A DNA stretch of 27,525 bases, taken from NCBI GenBank assembly GCA_001643675.2, contig LSRY02000093.1:1-27525 (forward strand). Direction: 5' to 3'. Under the pieces are notes generated by a model. That model did no database searches. It saw nothing but the letters and a program-made list of their open reading frames with translations, and was not told where the DNA came from. The position numbers and the translations under genes are program-made. Positions 21,923 to 27,525 of this stretch are shown here, in pieces; the stretch's first letter is position 1; every line of letters begins with the position of its first letter. The stretch is from Monocercomonoides exilis PA203 (taxonomy: Eukaryota; Protista; Preaxostyla).

Positions 21923-24900
21923 ATCCGCACTCTCCATCTGCCGTTTGTGTTGCCTTGCAGCTCTCAAGTTGCAACAAATTACTTTCATCATTTGAAGTTT
22001 TTGTTCTCAGAAGGGAAGAATCTGTGATGTTTCCCACAGTGAATGATGAACCTTCTCCAATCTCAACCCACAACCCTCCTCCATTTCCTCCATTGCTCTC
22101 ACACCCGCACATTGTTCCTCCAACAATTTCAAGAGAACAATCTCTCCCAAGTGTGCATTCCACTGCTCCTCCATCTCCTCCATCTCCTTTGAATCCACTC
22201 ATTGTATTGTTCAACAATTTCACTGACTTGGCTGAACTTGCGGAAATCACTCTTATTGATCCTGATGGCAAATCTGCCTGTAAAGATGCTTTCACTGAAA
22301 GTGTTGAATCCTCTATTGTGATGGATGCTCCATCAGCAACTCCAAATAAGACACTCTGTGCATCAGAGTTAATATCCTCAACACTCATGGAAGTGAATGT
22401 GCCAGCAACGCTTCTTCCGGCAAGGCTAATCAATGGATGATTCCCAATGGACAAAGACAACGTGGAAAACGATGAAACGGACACCTCACCTGCTGACACG
22501 GACAAAAACACAAAAGACAACGCCGACTGGGAATTTTGCAAAGAAAGTGAGCAATCTTCAAGCGAAAAGAATTGTGAGGAAGAAAAGAAGAACACTTCGT
22601 GATTTTGGAGAGCAGAAGGAACAGAGAAAGTTAGTGAACTGATATTTGCATTTGCACTGACTGTTATCATGCTTTCTCCACTTCCATCAGAATCGTCAAT
22701 CACTTTCCATCCACTGTTTTCATCTTTCCCTCTGATTGTGTGTTTGAAGGAACCAAATGTCAGTTCATTTTTCACTTCAATCATCCCATCAACAACAATC
22801 TTCTTTTCCTCTTCTTGCCTCGTCAAACAATGCCTCAGAGTCAGGCAGGGAAACTCAGCAAATCCACAAAGAGAATGGTTGAATGCATCAACACTGCTCA
22901 CATAAATCTCATCTGGCAAAGGAATCAGATAAGCACCCAAAGGAATTGGTGTTGAGTCATCACCTTTATCGAATCCTCGAATTTCATCCAGCAATGGATT
23001 CGAAGCTGTTAATGAAGTGATCTTCCCACTTCTTGCTGCTGATTCCAAATTGGGAGAATCAATGAAAATATCATTTCCCCACTTGGCTCTGTTTCCTTCA
23101 AATGCTGATGAAATATGAAAGTTGGCATTTGTTTCTCTCACTTTCAGCCCAATTCCCCCTCCTCTGCCTTGTGTGGTTGAGGCATAACAGTTCTTCGCAA
23201 TTCCTCCTTTCACATTCAATGAACCCCGCTTCCCACTGCAACCATCATACCCCCTCCAAACTCAGAGTCTTCACTTCCACAGCCATCAATGGTGCATTCT
23301 TCAAGGGTTATTGAATGTGACACTTCACCCACACTCATCAGCGATGATCCGGTTGTTGTTCTCACAATATTGCTGAATGTGCAGTTGCCCAGGGTCAATG
23401 TTGCAGACGATTCTTGAGGCACAGATATCAAACTTGTGGTGCTGAATGTTCTGCCCCACCTCACATCTTTCATCTTCAACTCTCCCCCTTCCACCTTCAC
23501 AAGTGATCTTTGAATACTCTTTTCTTCTGAATGAGCTGCATCCATTGATATGTCCATTCTCTTCACATCCATCAATCCACTTCCCTCAACCTCAAACAAC
23601 CTGCATTGTCTGTTGTTTTCAAATGAAGAATTGTGAATCACAGATAGATCGCTCACAACCAATTTCCCTGTTCCAACACAAAACAGACTCAAACTGTTTG
23701 CCTCAAACTTTGTTTCAATGGTTGAGCCAAGTGATGAAGCTCCATTCACAGAAATCGTTTTTCTCCAATATCAACTCCTTTTCCTTCCACAACTTTCCCA
23801 GAAAGCACCTTGATTTCCTCCACAAACCCCACAATCATTTGGGAAAGGCAATGACTGATTGTGAGGCACGCACAGCTTTCATTCAATCCGCAGCTGAATG
23901 TGTCTTTTGCATTCTCTTGACTCTCCTTCGAACCAACAAATCTGCTTCTTCCTCCTTCATTCGGCAGCCATTCACTTTTGTCAATTCCTTTTGCGTTGTA
24001 CCTAACTCCTTCAGATCGTGTTGAAAAACAAAAAACAATTTGGGAATCAGTGTAATTATCATCAACATGAATGTCATTGCCAAACGTTGCTGTGTTATTG
24101 TGGAAAAAGCAAAACCACAAAAGATTTCCATTATATCCATTTGTCAGAAAACTTATAGCTCCTCCTTTCCAATCTGAATGGCATCCTTGAAAAAGGCAAT
24201 TTCTCAAAACAATTTTATCGACAGTTATCCAATTATCGAATCCTCCTCCACTTGAACTTGTTGCATTACGCCCACAACAATTAACAAACAAACAATCCAA
24301 AACACAATCTTTTGTTTTGTTTGCTTTTGAACTTAAAATATCAAGTCCTCCACCATCATTTCTTGACCATCCATCTTTGAACAAACAGTTTTCAATAAAA
24401 ACTTGAATAGCCATTCCTTCTATTTCTGCCCCAGCACCACCATAATCATTTGACGAGACGCAATAACACTCAACAAATGTGGAATGCTTTACAGTGCATT
24501 CCGCAATTTTCAAAGCATATATCCCCCTCCTCTAGTGGAAGTCGCATTGCATTTCACAAAAGACGAATTCTCAACAGTCAGCGTCGCATTTGAATTGTCA
24601 TGCACATACAGCGCTCCTCCACAAGGCGCAGAGCATTCATTCCATTCAGCGTTCGTGAACTCAATTGTTTCTGTTGTTGTATTTCTTTCTGTATTCCTCA
24701 CTTTCCGATTCACTCTTTCATTCTGAACAAATGTGCAATTGTTGCAGTTGAATGAACCAGATCCTTCTGTTCCGCTCGCTATCCCTCCCTCAAGCACATT
24801 CATCGATCTTTCAACTAGGCAATCTTCCATTTTGCTTCTCTTCATCATCCACTCTTTTCCAGTTTGTATCTCCTCTGTTTCAATAATTTTCATTGTGATA

Positions 24901-25424
24901 TTCGCAAATCGACAGTTTTTGATCTCTTCAAAGCCTCCTGCACCCTCTCTCAGAATGCTGCCTCCACTCCCACAAAGCACAACATCCTCAAACTCACTGT
25001 TTCTCACAAATAACATCGGCAAACCTCCTCTATCCATCTTCACCACACTCCCCATCATTCCACATTCCTCACCATTCCCAACACCCAAAGTTGTGTTTAT
25101 CAGCCAGCATGTTCCTCCATTCCTCACAAAATGACCATTCCACTCGTTCTTTCTCACAAACACACTCCCCTCAACCAGCAGCAATGATCCTGCTTTCATT
25201 TCAATCATCACACAATTATCTATCTTTTCAAGCAATATCCCTTTCATTTCAACTGACGAGTTGTGTATTTTGCAGAACATCCGAACAACACTTCCCTTCC
25301 CCAAAAAACCACTCTTCTCCACACCAGGAACACAGAAAGCATCATATCCATTATTCCGTTTATCGCTTTTGTCTTTGTCGCAAACAGCCGAGAGCAAAGA
25401 CACAAGAAAAGCAAAAAGAATCAT
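16425..25424 (-). CDS. Giant (~3000 aa) type I membrane protein: signal peptide, Cys/Gly-rich pectin-lyase-like/Pmp-like beta-helix modules, TM helix, Ser/acidic linker, C-lobe-only pseudokinase; broken by ~8 homopolymer frameshifts (probably sequencing errors)
   Basis: ATG 25424 begins MILFAFLVSLLSAVC. ORFs 24510-25424, 23746-24513, 23216-23749, 21792-23219, 20608-21795, 19512-20501, 16604-19759 and 16425-16661 abut with 1-nt shifts at G/A/T runs. Repeated GGA(I/L)/GGG, FxxC and D...CG....PC.TI motifs; TM IWPIIVIVLVVILLIVLVGFILFVV followed by RWKKQKRR; RWKAPE. Confidence 0.88.
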
Positions 25425-25799
25425 TGCTCCAACGATGATTATGGGTTTTATGAACCCATATTTTTATGATATCCCATTAACAAACCAAACTTAAAAACTA
25501 TAATTTCCTTCACTGCTTCCATTTTTGAAATTCAATTCTCTGTCTTGTTTTCCATTTTTCAGATTCATTCTTTTTTATTAATTTCAAGAAACTGCCATCT
25601 TCAGCAAATTCTATGGTTGCTCTTTATTTTTCTGATTCATGTCTTCCCCATCTTTTTGCTTGAATGAAATTTCTCATCCCCTCAGCCCTTTTTTCGTGAT
25701 AAGGCATTTTCATGGAATTGTTCATTTTCATTCTGAATCTCAATGTTTTCTTCCTTTGATTTCATCGTCTCCTGAAAATAAAAATGGAGAAAAATATCA

Positions 25800-25822
25800 A
25801 AATATAAATAAAATATAAATAA

Positions 25823-25853
<31 letters not shown>

Positions 25854-25932
25854 TAAAAATAAAAATAAAAATAAAAATAAAAATAAAAATAAAAATAAAA
25901 ATTAAAACAAAAACGAAAATAAAAATAAAAAT
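25800..25932. repeat. (AAAAAT)n / (AAAAT)n simple tandem repeat
   Basis: Directly visible, with degenerate edges; ~380 bp upstream of the right gene's ATG. Confidence 0.95.
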
Positions 25933-26859
25933 ACTGAGAAATAAATCAGAATTCTATTAATTCCTGCATTGTTGCTTTTGTTTCATTCATTGGCATTGCT
26001 TCAATCCTTTATCACACTTCCAAATTCGCCTTTTTCAGTTGCTCTTTCCAAGGGAAACCTTTTTCCAGTTGCACAAAAGATAAATTGATTTTTGCAGAAA
26101 TGTTCTCTGAATTTTCTCTTTTCCTGTTTTTCAACATTTGCCATCTGGCAAAATTTTTGAAAAGTTCCATCACTTTAATTTTGTCCAACAAAAGATCACA
26201 AATGATCAAAAAAGTTGATCATTCCGTTCCCATATAAGATTTATGCTAATTTTTTATTGTTGTTTTCTGAGCTAATTATTGAAAAGCATTTCAAAGATTT
26301 GATGATAACAGACAGAACGTTAATAATTTGTTAGCAAATGCTTTTGTTAGCTGCTGCTTTCGAGCTATTTGAATCAAATGAATTACATGTTCTTATTTCT
26401 GCATTTTCATTTCATCTATTCGAATATTCATTATAATTTCATGGATGTCATACAAGCTTTTATAATTTTCTTTTGTTGTTAAACGAATAAAATTGATTTG
26501 CTTTAATTCAAGAATTTTTCATAAGAATTAATCAAACAGGAAAAATTCATCAAAACTTTGCTCGTTGTTATCGAAAAATATTCAAAAAGCAGTTGACATT
26601 GAATAATTATTAATGTTGTTTTTCAAAAAATCACTATTTATTACAAATGAAAAAAACAAACTTTTCTCTTATTTTGATTTAATCATTCAATATTATCAAG
26701 TTTCTTTCATCTCAGTATGTGCCTTTCCCTTCTCCTTCCTTTTAATATTGACACATTATGGAAAAATATCCTACAACTATCCTTTCAAATAGCATGAAAA
26801 AAGCAGATTTTTTCGGCTGGTCAACCATTCTGATACAAATGAAAATGTTGTGTTTGTGT

Positions 26860-27525
26860 CACCATTAGGGCAGCCTGAAGACGTTGTGCAGTATCTGAAA
26901 AAGCTTCTTATGGCGGGAGCAGCGTAACAGTCGTTTCTTCGCTCAGCGCCTCTTCTTCTTCAACTGGAGCAGCACGCCGATCAGCTTCGCCATTCCTGAG
27001 GCGGAAAAGCGACGAGAAGAAGGCAGCAGGGAGATGATAAGCTATCTTCTTCTTCTTCTTCAGCACCTGCGATTGACCCTTTGGATGCATCTGCGGTGGC
27101 AGCGCAATTCACGTCGGCAGGAGCGATGGACGACTTCGAGAGGTGGCTGGGGTGTATGAAAATCAAAAGATTTCGTAACTGAGGGAGCAACGGACGCTGC
27201 ATGGATATGTTGTGGCGCGACTGGCGGTGCTGTATGGGGTGTTGCATGAGCGTGCGATGAGGAGCTTTCAGCGATGCTTAGGTTCAGTTCGTGGCGCAGC
27301 TTCCATCGCTTGCAGCTCTATGTGCACGAAGTCGGGGAGCAAGCGAATCTTTGTAGCGGCAGATGTGATTGCAATCTGTTTATAACATTGCAGCTGGCTT
27401 TGCGATCACCGCAGTCGATGCGTGTGGTGGTGAAGCTGGATAAGGAAGCGATATGACACTTGCCCACAGTGCGCGAAGTGGCGAAGAGCTGAAGAATATG
27501 GAAGAAGATCTGAGGAAAATGGTGA
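26860..27525. other. GC-richer segment, possibly a decayed coding sequence; product unidentified
   Basis: Abrupt GC rise relative to the AT-rich 25450-26850 region; only short ORFs and a (GAA)n run; no recognisable motif. Confidence 0.3.

Noticed and set aside
16425-25424. Introns or an alternative genetic code as the cause of ORF breaks
   Set aside because: Breaks are frame changes at homopolymers with contiguous protein motifs, not in-frame stops or GT-AG gaps; several are intact in the other arm.
16425-25424. Bacterial autotransporter (Chlamydia Pmp)
   Set aside because: GGA(I) motifs are similar, but there is no C-terminal beta-barrel; it has a single TM helix and a eukaryotic kinase-like tail.
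25800-25932. Telomeric repeat
   Set aside because: No G-rich strand; internal A/T-only microsatellite.

Overview
AT-rich eukaryotic (protist) DNA in the standard genetic code. The gene family style resembles oxymonads such as Monocercomonoides; this is inference from pattern only. Three structures dominate. (1) A complete, apparently young DIRS1-type tyrosine-recombinase retrotransposon (1762-6464, minus strand) with gag, RT/RNase H/adenine-MTase and YR, perfect inverted terminal repeats and an internal complementary region (ICR). It sits at a TT dinucleotide inside a host ORF, and removing it restores the host reading frame exactly. (2) A ~15 kb near-perfect palindrome (arms 6887-14392 and 14417-21922, ~7.5 kb each, 24-nt spacer). 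(3) Two convergent giant surface-receptor genes with no evident introns. Each encodes Cys/Gly-rich beta-helix-like modules, one TM helix and a C-lobe-only pseudokinase; the complete right gene also has a signal peptide. Their 3' ~5.5 kb are virtually identical (inside the palindrome arms) but their N-terminal ectodomains differ. The switch is in frame, exactly at a repeated GGG-I motif, and out of module register. The most interesting reading is a modular receptor-diversification process: variable ectodomains recombined onto a constant TM-pseudokinase tail at GGA/GGG motifs. Many single-base homopolymer indels fragment the ORFs and are probably long-read consensus errors. The palindrome apex itself could be an assembly or fold-back artefact.
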